Of a stretch of DNA of 64,000 nucleotides, positions 57,148 through 64,000 are shown piece after piece. Under the pieces are notes generated by a model. It was not told the origin of the DNA and did no database searches. It saw only the letters and a list, made by a program, of their open reading frames with translations. Numbering within the stretch: the first letter of the stretch is position 1; each line of letters starts with the position of its first letter. Both the position numbers and the translations under genes were made by a program. The DNA is from a bacterium (GTDB lineage: Bacteria > JAMCPX01), in contig JAJYUJ010000011.1 of the NCBI GenBank assembly GCA_021792615.1, positions 2,179 through 66,178 of the forward strand. Direction: 5' to 3'.

Positions 57148-59259
57148 TCATACTTCTATAAAGCTGATTGCCTTTTTATCCGATTCGTAAAGATGCCGGT
57201 AAAGCATGTCTTTATCCTGCTTTTCGAGGTCAATGTTGCCGTTCACGATATCGAATGCAGTGTCCTTTGCCAGCTTGAGTATGTCAATATCATGAATGAT
57301 ACTCGCCATCTTGAAATCAGGCATACCGGATTGCTTAATGCCCAGCATCTCGCCGGGGCCCCTTATCTCAAGGTCCATCTCCGCTATTTTAAACCCGTCG
57401 CTGGTCTTGACCATTGCGCCAAGCCTCTTGCGGGCAGTAACGGTAAGACTATGGGCATACAGTATGCACAGGGACTGCTCGCTCCCCCTGCCTACCCTGC
57501 CTCTGAGCTGATGAAGCTGGGATAAGCCGAATCGTTCTGCGTGCTCTATCATCATAACCGTGGCATTCGGGACATCAATACCCACCTCTATGACCGTGGT
57601 AGCAACAAGCATATTCACCAGGCCGGTTCTGAAATCATCCATAATCCGGTCCCGGTCATTATTCTTTACCCTGCCGTGGAGCAGTTCCACCTTATATTCT
57701 TTGAACACCTTCTTCAGTTCTTCGTACATCTTCGTTGCGGCCATAAGCTCAAGGGCGTCAGATTCTTCAATCAAGGGATATACGACATAAACCTGAGACC
57801 CTTTTTTCATTTCATCACGCAAAATCCCGTAGATCTCCTGTCTCTGGCTTGTCTTGTAAAACAAGAGGGTCTTTACAGGTTTTTTGTGCGGCGGCATCTG
57901 GCGTATGACGGAAATATCCAGGTCACCATACGCTGTCATGGCAAGGGTACGCGGGATGGGAGTTGCCGTCATAATGAGCATGTGAGGGTTATTTCCTTTC
58001 TTTTTCAGTTCCATCCTCTGGACAACACCAAACCTGTGCTGTTCGTCTATGACGATGAGCCCGCAGTTATGGAACTTCACCTCCGGTTGTATCAGTGCAT
58101 GGGTACCGATGATTAGATTCAGCGAGCCGTCCGATAGCCGCGTAAGTATCTGTCTCCTCTCCAACTCTTTTGTATCGCCCTTCAGGAGATCGAAGGTTAT
58201 ATCCATTCCGGCAGTGAGCGCCCGTATCGTGGTATAATGCTGCTGCGCGAGCAGCTCTGTAGGGGCCATAAATGCAGCCTGATAGCCATTATTGATGGCA
58301 AGCAAAGCAGCGTACAGCGCAACGACGGTCTTCCCGCTGCCGACATCTCCCTGTAAAAGCCTGTTCATGGGATAACCAGTTGCAAGGTCATGGAATATTT
58401 CTTTGATGACATACCCCTGGTCATCCGTGAGTGTAAACGGCAGGCTTTTATCGAGTGCGGCTATATAATCCATTTTTGAGGACTTTATGCCGGGTAACGG
58501 CATGGAAAAAACAATGCCGTCCTTTTTCAGGCTTGCCTGTTTTTTGAGTGCCAGTGCTATTTCAAAAAAGAAAAATTCATCGAATTTTATCCTTCTATGG
58601 AACGCGGACACCTGTGTATTCAGGGCATCCAAAGAGACATCGTCAGAGGGGAAATGAAGGTTATACAGGGATTCGTTCAAATCGGACAGTATGCACTTTT
58701 GTTTTATCAGACCCGGCAGGTAATCATGAACCGTGGTAATAGAGGCATCGAGTGCGTTTTTCATGATTTTGCGTAACACCCTTTGTGGAATACCTTCGAT
58801 TGCAGAGTACACCGGCACTATCCTCCCGAAATTTAGCGTGTCATCGCCTTCGAGATCGAACTCCTCGATATCCGGGTGGATCATCTGCGGACGGCCTGCA
58901 TACGACCGTATGTCTCCATAGGCAAGGATACGTGCACCTGTCCTGAACCTCTTGACCATGTATGCATACTCGAAATTAAACCACACAAGGGAAAGATAGC
59001 CGGTATTGTCTTTCAGAATAACCTCGAACAAGCTCCTGCCCTTGAAGTTCTTCAGGGATACCTTGGAAACCTCTCCGATAACAACCTCTTTTACGCCGAA
59101 CCGTGCGGAAGCTATTTTGCTAATCTGCCTCCGGTCTTCATAACGGATCGGGAAAAAATACGTGAGAGACGAAAGGTCTGTAATACCTTTCTTTTCGAAC
59201 AACCTTGCCCGCTGCGGACCTACGCCTTTAATGTACTGGATTGAATCATGAGAATCCAT
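57148..59259 (-). CDS. recG: ATP-dependent DNA helicase RecG
   Basis: N-terminal wedge/OB region, GDVGSGKT (motif I), DEQHRFG (motif II) and QLRGRVGRG (motif VI). Confidence 0.93.
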   Translation of the reverse strand: MDSHDSIQYIKGVGPQRARLFEKKGITDLSSLTYFFPIRYEDRRQISKIASARFGVKEVVIGEVSKVSLKNFKGRSLFEVILKDNTGYLSLVWFNFEYAYMVKRFRTGARILAYGDIRSYAGRPQMIHPDIEEFDLEGDDTLNFGRIVPVYSAIEGIPQRVLRKIMKNALDASITTVHDYLPGLIKQKCILSDLNESLYNLHFPSDDVSLDALNTQVSAFHRRIKFDEFFFFEIALALKKQASLKKDGIVFSMPLPGIKSSKMDYIAALDKSLPFTLTDDQGYVIKEIFHDLATGYPMNRLLQGDVGSGKTVVALYAALLAINNGYQAAFMAPTELLAQQHYTTIRALTAGMDITFDLLKGDTKELERRQILTRLSDGSLNLIIGTHALIQPEVKFHNCGLIVIDEQHRFGVVQRMELKKKGNNPHMLIMTATPIPRTLAMTAYGDLDISVIRQMPPHKKPVKTLLFYKTSQRQEIYGILRDEMKKGSQVYVVYPLIEESDALELMAATKMYEELKKVFKEYKVELLHGRVKNNDRDRIMDDFRTGLVNMLVATTVIEVGIDVPNATVMMIEHAERFGLSQLHQLRGRVGRGSEQSLCILYAHSLTVTARKRLGAMVKTSDGFKIAEMDLEIRGPGEMLGIKQSGMPDFKMASIIHDIDILKLAKDTAFDIVNGNIDLEKQDKDMLYRHLYESDKKAISFIEV

Positions 59260-59264
59260 TAGAA

Positions 59265-59300
59265 TAGTAGCGAGGGGTGAGTAGCGAGTAGTGATGAGGA
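59265..59300. repeat. Inverted-repeat arm downstream (mRNA sense) of the four-helix-bundle gene
   Basis: TAGTAGCGAGGGGTGAGTAGCGAGTAGTGATGAGGA. Begins 6 nt from the recG start codon. Confidence 0.75.
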
Positions 59301-59317
59301 AATAGAAAGAACTGTCA

Positions 59318-59689
59318 TTATTTACGGCCGTTTATTGATTGTATCAGACCTGATAACATCCTTGCTATTTCCTCGATTTGATCAACAAAGCTTACGTTAT
59401 TGAGGATGTATTCTAAATCCTTTGAAAGGATTATATAATAAGAAAGTTCGTCAAGAGATGCCTGGGCGATATTGTAAAACTTTGTTTTATCTTTGATGCC
59501 ATGTTTTCTAAAACCTTCTGTGATGTTTGCAGGGACTGATACAGCCGCCCTCCGCATCTGTGAAACAAGCCCATATTTTTCTTCTTTAGGATATTCTTTT
59601 GTGATCTTATATATATCAATCACCAAACTATGGGCCTTTTGCCAAACTTGCAAATCCTTAAAGGTATTAATGTTATTATTACTACTCAT
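59318..59689 (-). CDS. Four-helix-bundle protein (23S rRNA intervening-sequence protein family)
   Basis: 123 aa. FKDLQVWQKAHSLVIDIYKIT...EEKYGLVSQMRRAAVSVPANITEG...F..IAQASL.EL.Y is the characteristic pattern of the TIGR02436 / PF05635 family. Confidence 0.85.
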   Translation of the reverse strand: MSSNNNINTFKDLQVWQKAHSLVIDIYKITKEYPKEEKYGLVSQMRRAAVSVPANITEGFRKHGIKDKTKFYNIAQASLDELSYYIILSKDLEYILNNVSFVDQIEEIARMLSGLIQSINGRK

Positions 59690-59743
59690 TCCTCACTACT
59701 TTCTTCTCCCCCCTCATTCCTCACTACTCATTCCTCACTACTA
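59690..59743. repeat. Inverted-repeat arm upstream (mRNA sense) of the four-helix-bundle gene; three GAGTAGTGAGGAAT-like units
   Basis: The reverse complement reads TAGTAGTGAGGAATGAGTAGTGAGGAATGAGGGGGGAGAAGAAAGTAGTGAGGA, followed directly by ATGAGTAGT (the start codon lies inside a repeat unit). Confidence 0.75.
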
Positions 59744-59751
59744 AAATAAAA

Positions 59752-59826
59752 CGTCCCCAACGGGATTTGAACCCGTGTTACCACCTTGAAAGGGTGATGT
59801 CCTTGGCCGGTCTAGACGATGGGGAC
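59752..59826 (-). tRNA. tRNA-Glu (anticodon TTC)
   Basis: 75 nt. GTCCCCA acceptor pairs with TGGGGAC. Anticodon loop CTTTCAA on a TCACC/GGTGG stem. T-arm ACGGG-TTCAAAT-CCCGT. Close to the E. coli tRNA-Glu layout. CCA is not encoded. Confidence 0.9.
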
Positions 59827-59834
59827 ATAAAATT

Positions 59835-59907
59835 TGAGCCGCGCCGGGATCGAACCGGCGACCCTTTGCTTAAAAGGCAAATGCTCTACCGACTGAGCTA
59901 GCGGCTC
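59835..59907 (-). tRNA. tRNA-Lys (anticodon TTT)
   Basis: 73 nt. GAGCCGC/GCGGCTC acceptor, D-arm GCTC-AGTCGGTA-GAGC, anticodon stem TTTGC/GCAAA with loop CTTTTAA, T-arm GCCGG-TTCGATC-CCGGC. Confidence 0.9.
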
Positions 59908-60291
59908 TCAATCAATCTTTTCTATAAAAGACCTTGCTGCTTTCAAATAATCTTTAACAGCATTCGTATCATAAATAAGTCCTCTATAATAGCCTGCTAT
60001 ATGCAAAGCATCATAGAGTTTATCAAATTCTCTCAAAAGTCTGCCGTTATGTCCTGTGTGAGACATATATTTTTTTAACAACACCTTATATTCATCCACT
60101 GACTTTGGGAGTTCCTTTTTTAAAAAACCTTTTCTCTCAAGAAGGTATTCATTTATCGCCTCTAAAATGGCAAGATATGCGGTGCCCATTGCCTCTCTTA
60201 CAGGCTTAACATCTGTATACGTATCATCTTCTACAGGGACTTTCTTTAAGATCTCTTTTGCATTGTTTAAATATCTTATAGCTTCTTTCAT
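59908..60291 (-). CDS. Small all-helical hypothetical protein (possibly DUF5618-like; weak recognition)
   Basis: 127 aa with an ATG start. Helical pattern AIRYLNNAKEIL...AMGTAYLAILEAINEYL...LYDALHIAGYY. The stop codon TGA (59908-59910) directly abuts the 5' end of tRNA-Lys. Confidence 0.6.
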   Translation of the reverse strand: MKEAIRYLNNAKEILKKVPVEDDTYTDVKPVREAMGTAYLAILEAINEYLLERKGFLKKELPKSVDEYKVLLKKYMSHTGHNGRLLREFDKLYDALHIAGYYRGLIYDTNAVKDYLKAARSFIEKID

Positions 60292-60343
60292 GTAAACACC
60301 GTTTTTAAATATTATATACTGTAGAGATTATGTCAAGACAAAT

Positions 60344-60439
60344 CCCGTTAGAAAGTATACAATTGTTGAGATATCCACGGTAAATCGGAGGAACTCTGGT
60401 TCATCTTTTCTTCATACTATGGATAAGATTTCTAACGGG
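60344..60439. repeat. Second copy of the CCCGTTAGAAA ... TTTCTAACGGG inverted-repeat pair
   Basis: CCCGTTAGAAA at 60344-60354 and TTTCTAACGGG at 60429-60439, with a 74-bp spacer unrelated to the 67-bp spacer of the copy at 33353-33443. Confidence 0.7.
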
Positions 60440-60448
60440 ACAAAACAC

Positions 60449-60478
60449 AAAAAAAGAGGGGGCAAAGCCCCCTCTTTT
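60449..60478 (-). terminator. Rho-independent terminator of the 573-aa lipoprotein gene
   Basis: GAGGGGGC-AAA-GCCCCCTC hairpin (60456-60474), followed on the minus strand by a T7 run. Lies 26 nt past the stop at 60504. Confidence 0.75.
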
Positions 60479-60503
60479 GAATTCACACTATTTATACAAA
60501 CCT

Positions 60504-62225
60504 TTACCAGATCGGGTTGTAACCAACAGTTGTTGTATATGGTGACCCGGTTGTCGAATCCGTAAACAAACCGTAGATACCGCCTGCGATGACCTTGTCA
60601 AGCCTGTAGTTGTCTGCAGGTACGAAATTTGCTGTAGCATTTGCAGGACATGAACCCGCAAGTGTGCCCTCGGTAGAGCCCTGTGCTTCACAGAACTCAA
60701 GCATCTGACTCAAGTCGATTGAAAGTACGCCATCCATGGTTGGATCGCTGAATGATATGTACGGAATCATAGCGGGTACCGTCAATTGCATACCAAGCAG
60801 GCTGCCGGTAAATAGATTTGCTGCAGTAAACGGTACAGAAATACCGTCTGGCGCTATAGAGTTTGTTCCATCGGTAAAGTGGCTTACATCACCTGCCTCA
60901 TAATACCAGGGCACGCCAGTTGTTGTAGCGGTGACCTCCGCCTCTACCTGGAACTGGCCAACCGGCGTCGTTGTGGTCCACGAACTCGTTGATAATGTCG
61001 GGAAGAAGTGACGCAAGGGCTGGGGATTGGCAAAAAAGGCATTCGGATCAAGGCTCATGACATTTGTCTGGAATGACATTGCAGTCAAACCAACTGCACC
61101 TAATAGGTTATTGATGTCTATCGGTACAATGTCCGGTGTTCCGTTCGTCAGATTGTTCGAAAACTCTGTCAGCAATGCATCCATATCAGGCATTACATTT
61201 TTTGATACCCTGGCCGGTAGTGTGATGGTCTCTGCACCGGTTAAATTCTGTACTATATTCACCCATGTTGAATTTGTGTAGTATAAAGCCCCTACGGTGA
61301 ACGTATCGCCGCCGTCTACCACGCCATCACCATTTACATCATTATAAGACAGTACCTTTGCAGTATTGCCTTTATCGAGCTGGAGACTGGCATTCAATCC
61401 GTTTATCTCTTTCAATGCTGCATTTATTTCATTGCCTGCATTGGTTATGTCCGCCGGCCCTGTGCCCTGAACGTTAAATGCGAGGAGTGTCGGTGCCGCT
61501 GTAAATATACTGGCCAGGCCTCTCACAAGACCTATAGGGTCGGATGAATTCAGCTTCGGCAGGCCACCACCGCCGGTAAACATAGATATAAGAGCAGAGG
61601 TATCGAGAGCGTGTGCACTGAGCACATTGATGACTGCAAGTAATGAATTTGCAGTGGAACCAAGGACCTTTGCCTCTGCAGGTCCCCATTGTGATCCGAA
61701 AGCAAACTGTGCATTCACCGAAGACGGCAGAGCCGATAAAGGACCGGAAAGAGAAGATGAAAGCGATGAAAGACTCTGGAGAGAACTTAAGTCCAACTGT
61801 ACGGTAACCGGAAGGGTCGGCAGAGTGAATTCACATGCATTGGCTTCGATGACCTTGGTCCTCGTCGGTATATCCGTAAGATCCATACTGACGCCGGTAA
61901 ATAAACCGGCAATATTATCACCGATCACATCAACTTCTAAATTATTAATAATGACCTGAAGCTGGTTTTGTGCAAGGTCCTGAACATCTGCAAGGGCATA
62001 AACCCACTGACACGAGCAATTGTTGGGATCGGATTGCAGTATATTGTAACATTTAGATTTTGCACCAAGTGGATTATTCGCCGTCAATGCATCAGAAGCT
62101 GCTTTGATCGTAGCCGCTGTATTTGAGCCGCCTGAGCTGCTTTTACTGCCACAACCGAATCCTGTGAACGCGATGAGCATCGCAACTGCTGAAAGACCGA
62201 GAAGTTTAAAGACATTTGATTTCAT
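60504..62225 (-). CDS. 573-aa lipoprotein of unknown function
   Basis: GGGGGG RBS. Lipobox FTGFGCGSKSSSGGS. S/T/N/L-rich mature protein with no motif I recognise. Confidence 0.75.
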   Translation of the reverse strand: MKSNVFKLLGLSAVAMLIAFTGFGCGSKSSSGGSNTAATIKAASDALTANNPLGAKSKCYNILQSDPNNCSCQWVYALADVQDLAQNQLQVIINNLEVDVIGDNIAGLFTGVSMDLTDIPTRTKVIEANACEFTLPTLPVTVQLDLSSLQSLSSLSSSLSGPLSALPSSVNAQFAFGSQWGPAEAKVLGSTANSLLAVINVLSAHALDTSALISMFTGGGGLPKLNSSDPIGLVRGLASIFTAAPTLLAFNVQGTGPADITNAGNEINAALKEINGLNASLQLDKGNTAKVLSYNDVNGDGVVDGGDTFTVGALYYTNSTWVNIVQNLTGAETITLPARVSKNVMPDMDALLTEFSNNLTNGTPDIVPIDINNLLGAVGLTAMSFQTNVMSLDPNAFFANPQPLRHFFPTLSTSSWTTTTPVGQFQVEAEVTATTTGVPWYYEAGDVSHFTDGTNSIAPDGISVPFTAANLFTGSLLGMQLTVPAMIPYISFSDPTMDGVLSIDLSQMLEFCEAQGSTEGTLAGSCPANATANFVPADNYRLDKVIAGGIYGLFTDSTTGSPYTTTVGYNPIW

Positions 62226-62289
62226 ATTCCCCCCTTAGATTTTTCTATTTTCTAACATGTAAAATGGGCGTCGTCAAGGGGTTTGAAAA

Positions 62290-62636
62290 GGCAGGAATGA
62301 CAAACTTTTCCCGAAGCCGACGTTGCCGTTTCTCGTCCTTCCGGGTGTCATTCCCGCGAAAGCGGGAATCCATCCTCTCCTTTCTTCACCTTGCAGAACG
62401 GAAAACAAATAACTGGATTCCTGCTCAAGAATACCTCCGAAGAATCTCACGGGCAGGAATGACAAACTTTTCCCGAAGCCGACGTTGCAGTTTCTCGTCC
62501 TTCCGGGTGTCATTCCCGCGAAAGCGGGAATCCATCCTCTCCTTTCTTCACCTTGCAGAACGGAAAACAAATAACTGGATTCCTGCTCAAGAATACCTCC
62601 GAAGAATCTCACGGGCAGAAATGACAAACTTTTCCC
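62290..62636. repeat. 162-bp tandem repeat, 2.1 copies
   Basis: Units at 62290-62451 and 62452-62613 differ at one position (GTTGCCG vs GTTGCAG), with a partial third unit to 62636. Each unit carries a family-A hairpin (62347-62371, 62509-62533). Confidence 0.9.
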
Positions 62637-62687
62637 ATGGTAATTACTATGAAAGATCTAAGATTCAAGATTCAAACCTAAGCAAAT

Positions 62688-62896
62688 CAGACCTCATCCG
62701 CACCCTTCCCTGTCGGGTGGGTACCCGTTCCCCTAAGAGGGGAAGGGATTGGAGAAAACAACTAAGATCCGCGGCTTGTTTTCGTCTCCTCTCCTATTAG
62801 GAGAGGATTAAGGTGAGGTCTGGGGTCTTCATCATCAGACCTCATCCGCACCCTTCCCTGTCGGGTGTGTACCCGTTCCCCAAGAGGGGAAGGGAC
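62688..62896. repeat. Family-C composite: two ~61-bp direct repeats flanking an inverted unit
   Basis: CAGACCTCATCCGCACCCTTCCCTGTCGGGTG.GTACCCGTTCCCC.AAGAGGGGAAGGGA at 62688-62750 and 62836-62896. TCTCCTCTCCTATTAGGAGAGGATTAAGGTGAGGTCTGG at 62785-62823. Confidence 0.8.
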
Positions 62897-62913
62897 TAAG
62901 GTTCATCACAGGA

Positions 62914-62944
62914 TAAAAAATCCCCCCGCGAAATGCGGGGGGAT
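62914..62944 (-). terminator. Rho-independent terminator of the partial secreted-protein gene
   Basis: TCCCCCCGC-GAAAT-GCGGGGGGA hairpin (62921-62943), followed on the minus strand by TTTTTT. Confidence 0.7.
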
Positions 62945-62977
62945 TTATCAAATACTATCTTGTTTAATCTCAATCTC

Positions 62978-64000
62978 TTATGGTGTAAATGTAACGGTCT
63001 TGGAGTTTGTTAACCCGAACATGAAATAAGCGTCGTATTTCTGGCCGACTGTCGTTGCAAACGGTGTTAGGACAAGCCCTGGTACACCTAAGGGATAATT
63101 GAAAGATATAGGCGAAGTCAGAGGTACAGAATCAGCAGACTGTCCGACGGCAGCTATGCTCATCATGTTGTTTGAATTTGTCGTTGTAAGGATAACGAAC
63201 GGTAATGTAGTAGTATCGGTAAGCGGTGAAGAAGTGGCCGTTACATCAAGAAGCGCTGTTGTGGTAATACCTATACCATTCACAAGATTGGTATTTGCTG
63301 TACCTCCACCAATCCATGCAACAGGAGGAACAGTATTCGGTGCGCCGGTAAATGTCCCGAGCACGATCATATTTCCATTTGCATCAATGTACTGGGACAC
63401 AACGCCGCCCACTGTTGTCCCGAGGTTTGAACATGCTGCATCCGTGCAATGCACAACGCCGTACAGTATGCCGTTTGAAATACCGCTGGCAGTTGCAATG
63501 CCGCTGAGGTTGAAGTTCTGTAACGGAACAGTAATGCTGCCCGCCACACTTAATGTCGCACTGCCGAATGACATAAACTGATCACCCGTATAGATAGCAC
63601 CAAAAGGAAGTGCAAAGGCCGAGGATATATCTGACGGAGAAGAAGAATTTGATGCCTCACCGCCGTAAAGTATCATACTGCCGTCTGCACCGGCTACTGT
63701 TGGGTTTAAAGCCACAGTACCTGTTATAATGCTGATTGCAAGTGTCGGTATATTACCGGACAGGATAGCTGCAAGGCCTGACGGCTGCGTAACATTTGTA
63801 ACGGTAACTACGTAGCTGCTTCTGGGTCCTGCAGAAGGCGTTCCTGCGCTGGCAACGGTTGTGAATGTGTTATACTCAGTGAATGGATAATTCTTGCCGC
63901 CTATGCTAGCAGTAAAGCTTGTTGTTACGCTGAATGTGGTTGCCGTAGGCAGGAAGCCCTCAGGCACTATGTCCACATAACCTGCAAAAACGCCGGAGTT
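62978..64000 (-). CDS. T/S/G/A-rich secreted-type protein of unknown function; 5' end beyond window
   Basis: The tracked start is an internal GTG and the frame stays open to base 64000 (NSGVFAGYVDIVPEG...). Composition resembles the other surface-type proteins nearby. Confidence 0.65.
   Translation of the reverse strand, partial: NSGVFAGYVDIVPEGFLPTATTFSVTTSFTASIGGKNYPFTEYNTFTTVASAGTPSAGPRSSYVVTVTNVTQPSGLAAILSGNIPTLAISIITGTVALNPTVAGADGSMILYGGEASNSSSPSDISSAFALPFGAIYTGDQFMSFGSATLSVAGSITVPLQNFNLSGIATASGISNGILYGVVHCTDAACSNLGTTVGGVVSQYIDANGNMIVLGTFTGAPNTVPPVAWIGGGTANTNLVNGIGITTTALLDVTATSSPLTDTTTLPFVILTTTNSNNMMSIAAVGQSADSVPLTSPISFNYPLGVPGLVLTPFATTVGQKYDAYFMFGLTNSKTVTFTP

Noticed and set aside
62216-62800. 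194-aa (+) and 117-aa (-) ORFs spanning 62216-62800
   Set aside because: Both are translations of the 162-bp tandem repeat and family-A/C palindromes. The unit length is divisible by three and the peptide segments are duplicated. There is no RBS and the composition is not protein-like.
62290-62896. Possible CRISPR array among the repeats
   Set aside because: The repeats are 162-bp tandem units and heterogeneous palindromes. They are not 25-40-bp direct repeats separated by unique spacers of similar size. No cas genes are in the window.
1-64000. Prophage, integrative element, toxin-antitoxin, restriction-modification, retron or DGR content
   Set aside because: I looked for integrase, transposase, reverse transcriptase, methyltransferase and small paired ORFs. 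None is evident in the six-frame track. The only mobile-element hints are the radC remnant and non-autonomous repeats.

Overview
Gene-dense bacterial chromosomal window. Spot counts give about 45-48% GC in core genes. I cannot assign a lineage. The repeat families and two-subunit pyruvate carboxylase loosely suggest an uncultivated anaerobe such as Nitrospirota or a delta-proteobacterium, but this is speculation. Most of the window is housekeeping. It includes pycA/pycB and a long minus-strand run: hisB-H-A-F-IE, a CoA-transferase, a GT2 plus two GT39 glycosylation genes, a VWA/MoxR pair, and tsaB-rseP-dxr-uppS. Also present are ctp-ftsB, a GGDEF cyclase, pdxJ, polA-nnr, trpS-scpA-scpB, rnhB, recO, recG, tRNA-Lys and tRNA-Glu. 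I found no CRISPR array, cas genes, integrase, transposase, reverse transcriptase or restriction-modification genes. The best candidate for an undescribed system is a visibly AT-rich block at about 20.4-26.9 kb. It is a tightly coupled operon of three exported proteins: a HEAT-repeat protein, a 1546-aa multidomain giant, and a 7-bladed NHL-type lipoprotein. A truncated radC relic and an odd motif cluster lie next to it. Four other regions deserve a second look. First, two translationally coupled, collinear ~845-aa MCP-like proteins, the second with a degenerate signalling tip and no che genes nearby. Second, a four-helix-bundle (23S-IVS-type) gene bracketed by inverted repeats, sitting between two tRNA genes and recG. 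Third, a helical-protein gene whose stop codon abuts tRNA-Lys. Fourth, several interspersed palindromic repeat families, a 162-bp tandem duplication and two MITE-like elements, which fill intergenic spacers and inflate several tracked ORFs.
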